From the NCBI GenBank assembly GCA_051251855.1, contig JBPOGI010000004.1, positions 256,001-320,000 of the forward strand: DNA of 64,000 nucleotides, read 5' to 3'. This DNA is from Roseibacillus sp. GTDB taxonomy: Bacteria; Verrucomicrobiota; Verrucomicrobiia; Verrucomicrobiales; Akkermansiaceae. Numbering within the stretch: the first letter of the stretch is position 1; every line of letters begins with the position of its first letter. The notes beneath the pieces were generated by a model. That model was not told where the DNA came from and searched no databases. It saw only the letters and a list, made by a program, of their open reading frames with translations. The position numbers and the translations under genes were made by a program. This document shows, one piece after another, positions 35,915-43,697 of the stretch.

Positions 35915-36724
35915 ATGAAAGCAACAAAAGGACAAATGCGATCCGGTTTCACCTTGGTGGAACTCTTGGTCGTTATCTCTATCATCGTCGTTCTGGCCGG
36001 CCTCGCCGTGCCTACCGCGATGAAGGCCCTCGGTAAAGCCGAGCAGGTCACCGGCATCAACAACGTCAAGGGTATCAAATCCGCACTCGACCTCTTCGCA
36101 GGCGACTTCGACGGTGAGTATCCTAGCGACGACACTGCCGAGGAATTGATGGAAATCATGGACGACAACGCCGGAGCCGTTAAAAAGAAAAGCGGTGCTC
36201 GCCCAACTTTGGGATCCAGTGACGGCCTCCGTGGCGGAAGACTCGAACGTCGTGGCGGCAGTGCTCGCGGTGCTTCGGCCAGCAGCAAGCCCTCCAACTA
36301 CTACTTCAACCAGTTGATGGGTCGCGGTCTCGATAACGAGGAACTCTTCTACCAGAAGTCTTTCAAAAAAGCCTTCATGTTGAAAAAGCCTAACAACGAC
36401 AAGATTGTCGACCAAGGCGAGAACGTTTGGGGTTACACCAAGAACCTTCAGCAGACCTCCAGCAGTCACATTCCTGTCGTCTTTGACTCCCCCATCAGCG
36501 GTGGAGACAACCCCAAGTTTTCGAAGAAAGTTTGGGACGGCAAAGTCATCATGGCTCGCCTCGACAGCTCAACTCGCACCGAGATGATCGGCGGCACCGA
36601 TCCTAAGAGCGGCAGCGTCACCGGCAAGGTTGACGGAGAGCGCCTCAACCTCTTCTCACAAGAGGCTCTTGAAGAAGGAACCATGGTTCCTGCTGACCTC
36701 AAGCGCATCGGCAGCGGCAACTAA
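35915..36724 (+). CDS. Prepilin-type N-terminal cleavage/methylation protein, paralogue 1
   Basis: Basic leader, then G|FTLVELLVVISIIVVLAGL. Confidence 0.9.
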   Translation: MKATKGQMRSGFTLVELLVVISIIVVLAGLAVPTAMKALGKAEQVTGINNVKGIKSALDLFAGDFDGEYPSDDTAEELMEIMDDNAGAVKKKSGARPTLGSSDGLRGGRLERRGGSARGASASSKPSNYYFNQLMGRGLDNEELFYQKSFKKAFMLKKPNNDKIVDQGENVWGYTKNLQQTSSSHIPVVFDSPISGGDNPKFSKKVWDGKVIMARLDSSTRTEMIGGTDPKSGSVTGKVDGERLNLFSQEALEEGTMVPADLKRIGSGN

Positions 36725-36746
36725 GCCTCTTCCACTTCACTTTGAC

Positions 36747-36781
36747 AGGCCGACTTCACCTCGCGTGAAGTCGGCCTTTTT
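36747..36781 (+). terminator. Rho-independent terminator
   Basis: 13-bp perfect stem aggccgacttcac/gtgaagtcggcct followed by a T run. Confidence 0.88.
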
Positions 36782-36840
36782 CGTGACTTTTTCACACCGG
36801 CTTCAAGGCTTCTTCATACAAGGAAAACATATTTCTGTGG

Positions 36841-37584
36841 ATGAATAGCCAACCCGATCTCACTCAAAAAAGGGGAATATCGCTAGGACAACTTCTAGTG
36901 ACACTCTTGCTTCTCATTGTCCTCGTCGGAGTACTGGTTCCAACTTTCCAAACAAGCCCCCAGCCCGAGCTCATTCAAGGTATCAATCACGCAAGAACCA
37001 TTAAATCAGCCCTCGACCTTTTCGCGACGGATTTTGATGGTTCCTACCCCAACGATGAAACTGCCAAAGTAATTCTCAAACTCTCGAACCCTTCGGACAC
37101 CATTCCACAACCGAACACCATCAGCCCTCCCACAACATCCAACTACTACTTCAACCAATTGATCGGACACGGCCTCATCAATGAAGAACTCCTATACATA
37201 AAATCGTTTAAGAAAACCTTTTACCTCCGAAAGCCCAACAACGACGGTGTTGTTGACTCAGGAGAGAACGTCTGGGGATACACCAAGAATCTCACTCTCA
37301 AATCAAGCCAACACCTTCCTCTCCTCTACGACTCCCCAACCCGCACTGGCAACCATCCCACTTTCTCGAAAAAAACTTGGAACGGAAGAATCATCGTTGT
37401 CCGGGTAGACAGCTCGACTCGAACTGAACTCTTAATTGGTAAGAAATCAACCGAAGGCGAACTGCGTGGCAGGAAAAACGGCAAGCTCGTAAACCTCTTC
37501 TCACAAGAATCTCTTCAAGAAGGAATCATAGTTCCCGCCGACCTCAAGCGTATCGGCAGCAACAAATCATCAACCTTGCCCTAA
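36841..37584 (+). CDS. Pilin-like paralogue 2 with degenerate prepilin motif
   Basis: G|ISLGQLLV (no Phe+1, no Glu+5). The rest aligns with paralogue 1 (IKSALDLFA.DFDG.YP, SNYYFNQL, GENVWGYTKNL, LFSQE). Confidence 0.85.
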   Translation: MNSQPDLTQKRGISLGQLLVTLLLLIVLVGVLVPTFQTSPQPELIQGINHARTIKSALDLFATDFDGSYPNDETAKVILKLSNPSDTIPQPNTISPPTTSNYYFNQLIGHGLINEELLYIKSFKKTFYLRKPNNDGVVDSGENVWGYTKNLTLKSSQHLPLLYDSPTRTGNHPTFSKKTWNGRIIVVRVDSSTRTELLIGKKSTEGELRGRKNGKLVNLFSQESLQEGIIVPADLKRIGSNKSSTLP

Positions 37585-37804
37585 CCGGCTCAGGCAATTT
37601 CTCAATCTTTGCTCTGTGTTCATTCTCCGTCCTCTGCGGCTCTGCGTTTAAGAACGAACTCTTCTCAGACCATCCTCTCGTCACCCCCTTTTGCTTCTTC
37701 ACAAATCTTTCACGCTCCCTTCACGATATCTTCATCGACCGCTGTTCCACTACCTACCTAACCCGGGGAAGCCATTCCCCATAACCGTAGAAACCGATAA
37801 CAGC

Positions 37805-38608
37805 ATGAAAACCTCACCAGCCCACACCCTCAAACAGAAAGGAGGCGGCTTCACCCTCGTCGAGCTCCTCGTCGTCATCTCCATCATCGTCATCCTCGCC
37901 GGGATTGCCACCCCCACTGCCATGCGCGCACTCGCTCACGCCGAACGGCTCGAAGCCATGACCAACGTCCGTTCTGTCAAAAGTGCGCTCGACATCTTTG
38001 CCTCCGACTTCCAAGGCGAATACCCCAACGACAACACCGCGGCCCAAATCGGGGACTTAATGCGTGATGACAAGCCAAGCAGAAAGCTCGACTCCCGCAA
38101 ACTAGATGGTGGACGTAAACTACAAGCTTCTCGCTTCGGCAAACCCGAAGAAAGAACCCATGAGATTCAACACACCTCTAACGAATACTTCCAACAACTC
38201 ATGGGCCGAGGTCTCGACAACGAGCAACTGCTCTACAACAAAGCCTTCCGACGTGCCTTCAAGCTGAACCCTATCAATAACGACGGCAAAGTGGACCGTG
38301 GTGAATGTGTCTGGGGTTACACCAAGAACCTGATGCGAACGTCCTCGGGCCACATTCCCATCGTCTACGACTCTCCTGTCAGCACCGGTGATAGCCCAGG
38401 GTTCTCAAAGACCACTTGGGATGGCCGAATCATGGTTGCACGCCTCGACGGCTCTACCCGAACCGAGCCCCTTGGTGGCACTGACCGCAAAACAGGATCC
38501 GTCCGAGCCACCATCGGCGGCCAGCGCATGAACCTCTTCTCCCAAGAAGCTCTCGAAGAAGGCGAGCTCGTCCCAGCCAACCTACAGCGACTAGGAAGCG
38601 GCAACTAG
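37805..38608 (+). CDS. Prepilin-type protein, paralogue 3
   Basis: G|FTLVELLVVISIIVILAG with the same core and the same GSGN C-terminus as paralogue 1. Start MKTSPA. Confidence 0.9.
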   Translation: MKTSPAHTLKQKGGGFTLVELLVVISIIVILAGIATPTAMRALAHAERLEAMTNVRSVKSALDIFASDFQGEYPNDNTAAQIGDLMRDDKPSRKLDSRKLDGGRKLQASRFGKPEERTHEIQHTSNEYFQQLMGRGLDNEQLLYNKAFRRAFKLNPINNDGKVDRGECVWGYTKNLMRTSSGHIPIVYDSPVSTGDSPGFSKTTWDGRIMVARLDGSTRTEPLGGTDRKTGSVRATIGGQRMNLFSQEALEEGELVPANLQRLGSGN

Positions 38609-38627
38609 CTTTCCCTTCAAATTCACC

Positions 38628-38724
38628 ACCTCCTGTTTCCTAGCCCCGACACAGTCGGCCCTGCGGGCGAATTTCTCATGTTCCGTGAGAAATCCGGGCT
38701 AGCAACCCGGAAACAGGAGGTTTT
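38628..38724 (+). terminator. Terminator-like stem whose loop holds a 55-bp structured insert flanked by CTAG
   Basis: Outer stem acctcctgtttcc/ggaaacaggaggt followed by ttt. CTAG occurs at 38640-38643 and 38699-38702. Confidence 0.6.
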
Positions 38725-38778
38725 CTCACCAACTGAAACATCTCATCGAAAAGGAACGTCTCTATAAAGTTCGCCCCT

Positions 38779-39561
38779 ATGACACCAGCCACCCTCGCAC
38801 GCGGTCAATCCTCAGACCTCATCCCTCTTTTCGCATCGGACAAGCTCCGAAGCGCGATCATCAGGTCGGTGCTTCTCATCATCATTGGGGGAGGATGCTA
38901 TGGCTTCACCGTCGGGCTCTGGCGTGGACCCGAAATGGCTCTCTACGTCGCCATTAAGACCCCAGCCCTTCTCTTCATCACCCTTCTCATCACCGGACTC
39001 CTCAACGGTATCCTAGGGCTGCTACTCGGCACCGGCATTGGCTTTCGTCAGTCGCTTCTCTGCCAACTCTTAGCCTTCTCACTCGCCGCCGTCGTTCTTG
39101 CCTCACTCGCTCCCATCACCGTCTTTCTCGCCCTTCAGGCCCCTCCAGCAGATTCCCCCCAAGCGGCGACCTCTCATAGCCTCTATCTGCTCACTCACAC
39201 AGCTATCATTGCAATCGGAGGCATCCTCGCCGTCACTCGTCTCTTCGGGCTCATCCGAGATCTGACTCCCAATCATAAGGCCGCCCGCATCACCCTGCTC
39301 TCTTGGCTCACCTCCAATGCCTTTGTTGGCGCTCAACTCTCCTTCCTCCTTCGTCCCTTCTTCGGCTCCCCCTCCCTCGAAATCGCCTTTCTACGACCTA
39401 ACCCTTTCAATGGAACTTTCTACGAAGCGGTCTGGAACGCCCTCAACCGCTTCTTACCTGTGGAGGGCTCTCTCTTCCTTCTATCCTGCGCAGCCCTCGT
39501 GCTTGCTCTCTTTCTCAACTCACTCCTCAAAGAACCAACTCCTTCAAATACTGAATCATGA
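38779..39561 (+). CDS. Multi-pass membrane protein (Yip1-like), first of a related pair
   Basis: YGFTVG, AIKTP.L, LAPITVF, FVGAQLSFLLRPFFG. Confidence 0.7.
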   Translation: MTPATLARGQSSDLIPLFASDKLRSAIIRSVLLIIIGGGCYGFTVGLWRGPEMALYVAIKTPALLFITLLITGLLNGILGLLLGTGIGFRQSLLCQLLAFSLAAVVLASLAPITVFLALQAPPADSPQAATSHSLYLLTHTAIIAIGGILAVTRLFGLIRDLTPNHKAARITLLSWLTSNAFVGAQLSFLLRPFFGSPSLEIAFLRPNPFNGTFYEAVWNALNRFLPVEGSLFLLSCAALVLALFLNSLLKEPTPSNTES

Positions 39562-40349
39562 ATCCACCAAACATGCCCGACCCGACCAAAGACCAATCCC
39601 CTGAAGATAAACAACCCGAGCAAGAAGAACCCTTCGAGATCACCAACTTTGCTTCCGCCATCGAAGCCTTACTTCGGAATCCTCTAAGCCTCCTGCAGGC
39701 GCTCCCCGAGAAGCGACAACTCATCCTCCCACTCTTCCTTCTCGCACTCTTCAGCGCCGGAGTGCTCGGTCTCGTCTTTGGAAGCTACTCCGGAGGAACG
39801 CAACTCTGGGCCGCCCCTCTCAAGATTGGAGGAGGACTCCTTCTTGCCGCACTCATTTGCTTCCCCAGTCTCTACGTATTCTCCTGCCTCGCCAATTCCC
39901 CCCTCCGGCTCAACGGCATCGCCGCAGCCTACCTGTGTTTCCTCGCCCTGCTTGGACTTCTCCTGATTGCCTTCGCTCCCATCCTCTGGATTTTCACCCA
40001 ATCTTCCAACTCCCTGCCCTTTGTCGGATTTCTCGCCCTCGTCGTCTGGTTACTCTCCTTCCTGCTCGCCAGCGGCCTCCTGCGTAAACTCACCAAGAGG
40101 GCCCACTCCTCTTGGCAGGTCCATCTTTGGCTCCTCATTTTCCTCACTGTTACCCTCCAGATGTCCACCGCCCTCAGACCGATTCTAGGCACCTCCCAGC
40201 ATCTCCTACCTCAAGAGAAAAAATTCTTCCTCACCCATTGGATGGAAAACCTCGACCCCTCCACCAGGAGAACCGAAAGAGTCGAACAATCCGGCGCTAC
40301 CCAAAAATCAGATTCCCGAGGAAAGGAAAACCCCTACCTCGAAGAATAG
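39558..40349 (+). CDS. Multi-pass membrane protein (Yip1-like), second of the pair
   Basis: APLK, ICFPSLYVF, FAPI.WIF, LQMSTALRPILG. ATGA overlap with the upstream gene. Confidence 0.7.
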   Translation: MNPPNMPDPTKDQSPEDKQPEQEEPFEITNFASAIEALLRNPLSLLQALPEKRQLILPLFLLALFSAGVLGLVFGSYSGGTQLWAAPLKIGGGLLLAALICFPSLYVFSCLANSPLRLNGIAAAYLCFLALLGLLLIAFAPILWIFTQSSNSLPFVGFLALVVWLLSFLLASGLLRKLTKRAHSSWQVHLWLLIFLTVTLQMSTALRPILGTSQHLLPQEKKFFLTHWMENLDPSTRRTERVEQSGATQKSDSRGKENPYLEE

Positions 40350-40361
40350 ACGGTCCAAAGC

Positions 40362-40715
40362 CTACTCGAAGTAAGTATCCTCGTGAGCGTAGGGGGGCGC
40401 GCAACAGCATAAGAAGCGCGTCTCCTCGAGAGCTTCAATCTGGTGCCAAGTTCCTGCAGGAATCAAAATAGCGTCACCGGGCCCCACCTCTCGAGATACC
40501 CCATCGATTTCCATCGTCGCCTTGCCCTCGAGCAAAAAGTAGAGCTCCTCGCTCACCTTGTGATAATGCCGATCCGTCGCTTTCCCGACCGGTAACCTCG
40601 CTTCCGCCAGGCTCTGCTTCTCGACGGGAGCATTCGATAGGTCAAGAATACTCCGAATCGTCGAACCGTCCTTCGTCGTAAACGGCTCTTGCTGGTCCAA
40701 ATTTCGAATGGTCAT
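40362..40715 (-). CDS. Cupin domain protein
   Basis: HYHKVSEELYF..EG, GD..LIPAGTWH, CCAPPY.HEDT. Confidence 0.88.
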   Translation of the reverse strand: MTIRNLDQQEPFTTKDGSTIRSILDLSNAPVEKQSLAEARLPVGKATDRHYHKVSEELYFLLEGKATMEIDGVSREVGPGDAILIPAGTWHQIEALEETRFLCCCAPPYAHEDTYFE

Positions 40716-40776
40716 CCCAAGAAAGAAAACACAGTTCTGTCAGAGAAGCAAAACAGAGATAGCTCGACACCAGACC

Positions 40777-41238
40777 CTAGCCCACCTCACTCACCGTCAA
40801 TCCGCCACCGACATCCTCGCCAATTCGCTTCCCTTTCAACCGCGCAAAAAGAGGGCTTTCTGTCGTCAGAGTCGTCACCACCATTCCATCCTCTTCCACT
40901 TCGATGCCCCCTCCAACGGGCAAGAGAAGATAGTGCACCCACTCACCCTCTTTTTCGAGCTCCACCCTCGCCCCCAGATCAATTGCATCCGTTATCAAAA
41001 ATTCCCTCACTTCGAAACGCTCCAACTGGGCAATCGCGACCTGCAAGGTTTCGGCCTGCTGCGCCTGCCCAGCTGCTAAATAGGACATCTCCAAACTCCG
41101 CGTATCATACTTGCCTTCCGCCTTACTATCAGGGTCTGTGGCTGCCGCGCTTGAAGCATTCAAAGCCTTCTCCAGGGCTCCATACTCTTCCCTCAACTTG
41201 ATGAGTGTCTTACCCAAAATATTGCCTTTCAATGACAT
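40777..41238 (-). CDS. GreA/GreB-like protein
   Basis: Coiled coil with KAEGKYDTRSLE.SYLA.GQ and C-terminal SPL...L.GK..G. Confidence 0.75.
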   Translation of the reverse strand: MSLKGNILGKTLIKLREEYGALEKALNASSAAATDPDSKAEGKYDTRSLEMSYLAAGQAQQAETLQVAIAQLERFEVREFLITDAIDLGARVELEKEGEWVHYLLLPVGGGIEVEEDGMVVTTLTTESPLFARLKGKRIGEDVGGGLTVSEVG

Positions 41239-41350
41239 TGCTCTCTAGTTTCTCTACACAATCACCCCCATGCAAGACATCTTCCTCTGGCCCATCCCTT
41301 TCATCTTGCTCCCTCCCATCAAAAAGATACTCTTACCTGCCCCCTCCTAG

Positions 41351-41707
41351 ATGGAATTCTCCCGCCACCTCTATTCATTCTTTAACCTCGCAGAAGGGTG
41401 TCTCTGGATCGCAACCGCGTTCTATCTCATCGCTTTCCGAGAGCGCTTCAAACCAGAAAAGAGGTTCTGGGTTCTCCTCGCTGCCCCTGCGTTTGTTACC
41501 TTCGCCGTTTCTGACTTTCTGGAAGCTCCCCGCTACGCAGCAGATCTCCCCACCTGGCTCTGGGTGACCAAGATCATCGCTGGCTTCATCATCTTTCTCT
41601 GTCGCGTCGTCTACCTCGGCTCCAATCAAAAGCGAGCCGTCACCGAGACCGTCGTCTTCGGCCTCTTACTTCTCAGCGTAGCACTCTACCTGATGCGCTT
41701 GTTCTAG
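41351..41707 (+). CDS. Small membrane protein
   Basis: Four hydrophobic segments; FN..E..LW and F..SDF.E motifs. Confidence 0.65.
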   Translation: MEFSRHLYSFFNLAEGCLWIATAFYLIAFRERFKPEKRFWVLLAAPAFVTFAVSDFLEAPRYAADLPTWLWVTKIIAGFIIFLCRVVYLGSNQKRAVTETVVFGLLLLSVALYLMRLF

Positions 41708-42750
41708 ACCGGCGACATCAAATCGCGAAATCCACAAAAGAGCTTCGAGTTCTCAGGCGGCAGTGAAGGCACCACCATTTGATTGTCCAAAAACTCGTTC
41801 AACAGACCGAACAGCTCGTCCTTCTCTCGACAGCGCTTCATCCGAAACTCCAAATCCTCATCCAACCCCGCAAGGATGTAGTGCAGATAGCGCTTCATCT
41901 TATGAACGTGTTTCTTAGGATCAAACACCTTCCCAAAATCCACCCGTGAACGCGCAGTCTCCTCCCAAAGAATCTCCACGTAACGCAGCAGCTCCTCTCG
42001 CAACACTTCCTTTACCTCAACCCCAGCCAAAGCCTGCTTGAGCTGAGAAAAAATCCACGGATTCCGAATCGCCCCGCGCCCAATCATCACCCCCGCAGCC
42101 CCCGTCCTTTCCAAGTAAGCCAAACCGGTTGCCACATCGACCACATTGCCATTCGCTACAACCGGGCAACTCATCTTCTCTACCGCTGACCGCACCACAT
42201 CTACATGCACCGGTGTCTGATAGCGCTCCTTCACCGTCCGCCCATGCACACTCAACATATCGATGGAGTGCCGAGAGAAGACATCTAGCAGCGCACCAAA
42301 CTCTTCCTCACTCGCAAAGCCCACCCGAGTCTTTACCGTGAACCACCGTCCTCCACACTCCTCGCGCAATCCACCTAACAATCGATTCACTTGCTCCAAG
42401 TCACGCAACAACCCGCCCCCCGCCTGCTTCGAGCAAACCACCGGCGCCGGACAACCCAGATTAATATCCACCCCCGCCACCTCCTCGTGCTCTAACAATT
42501 GTCGAGCCGTGCGACGCATCTCCTCCACATCCTGCCCAATCATCTGCGCAATAATGGGACGCCCCGTTGGATTCTCCAAAATACTTGCCAGAATATCCTT
42601 CTCGATAGTCGAGTGAATATGGACCCGGAAATACTCCGTAATATAGAGGTCCGATCCTCCCCCACACTGCGCCAGCGTCCGCCAAAACGGCAAGTCAGTC
42701 ACCTCCTGCATCGGAGCAAGAACGCTAAAGGGCTGCGGCAAGTCCACCAT
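41704..42750 (-). CDS. tRNA-dihydrouridine synthase family protein
   Basis: LAPMQEVTD, DINLGCPA, VKTRVG, VHGRT, ANGNV, MIGRGAIRNPWIF. Confidence 0.92.
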   Translation of the reverse strand: MVDLPQPFSVLAPMQEVTDLPFWRTLAQCGGGSDLYITEYFRVHIHSTIEKDILASILENPTGRPIIAQMIGQDVEEMRRTARQLLEHEEVAGVDINLGCPAPVVCSKQAGGGLLRDLEQVNRLLGGLREECGGRWFTVKTRVGFASEEEFGALLDVFSRHSIDMLSVHGRTVKERYQTPVHVDVVRSAVEKMSCPVVANGNVVDVATGLAYLERTGAAGVMIGRGAIRNPWIFSQLKQALAGVEVKEVLREELLRYVEILWEETARSRVDFGKVFDPKKHVHKMKRYLHYILAGLDEDLEFRMKRCREKDELFGLLNEFLDNQMVVPSLPPENSKLFCGFRDLMSPV

Positions 42751-42795
42751 CGCACTTATCCATGCCCAAATTCACCCTAACTCACCAGCCAAATT

Positions 42796-43647
42796 CTATC
42801 CCATCAATCTCTCTCGCAAAAACAACCCCACTCGCTCGCGAAAACCCCGATTAAAAAACTCCGCTCCACCATGCCCTCCCTCCGGTAACACCTCCAACGC
42901 CACCTCCATCCCCGCCTCTTCATAAGCCTCCGCCATCCGATAAGCTTGATCGACCTGAACCTGCGCATCCTTCGCCCCATGAATTACCATCAATGGAGGT
43001 GCCTCCCCCTTCACCTGAAAAGCCGGACTCGCCATCTTCGCCAAATCCTCATCCTCACTCGCCGCCACCCCTAACAAATTATGCACCACCGAGCCCACCG
43101 GTTCCGTCGCCCTCGGTTGTGTCTTCGAACGCAACACCAAATCACTGGCCCCGAAGTAATTCACCATCGCACTCACCTTTGAACTCTCCTCCAAGTGACC
43201 ACCCACTTCGCCCTCCAAATCTCCCTCACCCAAACCCGCCATCATTGCCACATGCCCCCCCGAGGACACCCCCACCGCCGCCACTCGACGCGCATCAAAT
43301 CCATACTCCTCCGCATGAGCGCGCAACCAGCGAATCGCCCCCTTGGCATCATGCACCTGAGCCGGAAACTTTGCCTCCCCACTCAAGCGATGCTGCACAC
43401 TCGCCACTGCAAAGCCATACCCCACCAACCAATCCACCGCCGGCCACTTATAAGTTCCCATCTGCCACCCACCGCCGTGAAAATAAACCACCAGCGGACA
43501 ATTTTCCTTCCAAAACGGAAGATACAGGTCGAGACACAGCTCCTTCCCATCCACCTCCGCAAAGGTGACATCACTAAACGTCGGCCCCTTCACTCGCGCA
43601 AAAGCCATCTCCAAAGACCCTACAAATCTGTCCATCCAACCGTTCAT
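42796..43647 (-). CDS. Alpha/beta hydrolase (esterase)
   Basis: HGGGW, FPAQVHD, GVSSGGH, HGAKD, GGHG catalytic motifs. Confidence 0.9.
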   Translation of the reverse strand: MNGWMDRFVGSLEMAFARVKGPTFSDVTFAEVDGKELCLDLYLPFWKENCPLVVYFHGGGWQMGTYKWPAVDWLVGYGFAVASVQHRLSGEAKFPAQVHDAKGAIRWLRAHAEEYGFDARRVAAVGVSSGGHVAMMAGLGEGDLEGEVGGHLEESSKVSAMVNYFGASDLVLRSKTQPRATEPVGSVVHNLLGVAASEDEDLAKMASPAFQVKGEAPPLMVIHGAKDAQVQVDQAYRMAEAYEEAGMEVALEVLPEGGHGGAEFFNRGFRERVGLFLRERLMG

Positions 43648-43697
43648 CTCAAAGCCCTATCCTGCCCTTCAGTCCTCGCTCCGTCCATTCGCAAAAC

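Noticed and set aside
35915..38608. Diversity-generating retroelement or shufflon acting on the pilin paralogues
   Set aside because: No reverse transcriptase or recombinase in the window, no near-identical repeat pair differing only at adenines, and no inverted cassettes.
41270..41350. 26-codon ORF (MQDIFLWPIPFILLPPIKKILLPAPS) abutting the next ATG
   Set aside because: Too short, no RBS or motif support, and could arise by chance in pyrimidine-rich sequence.
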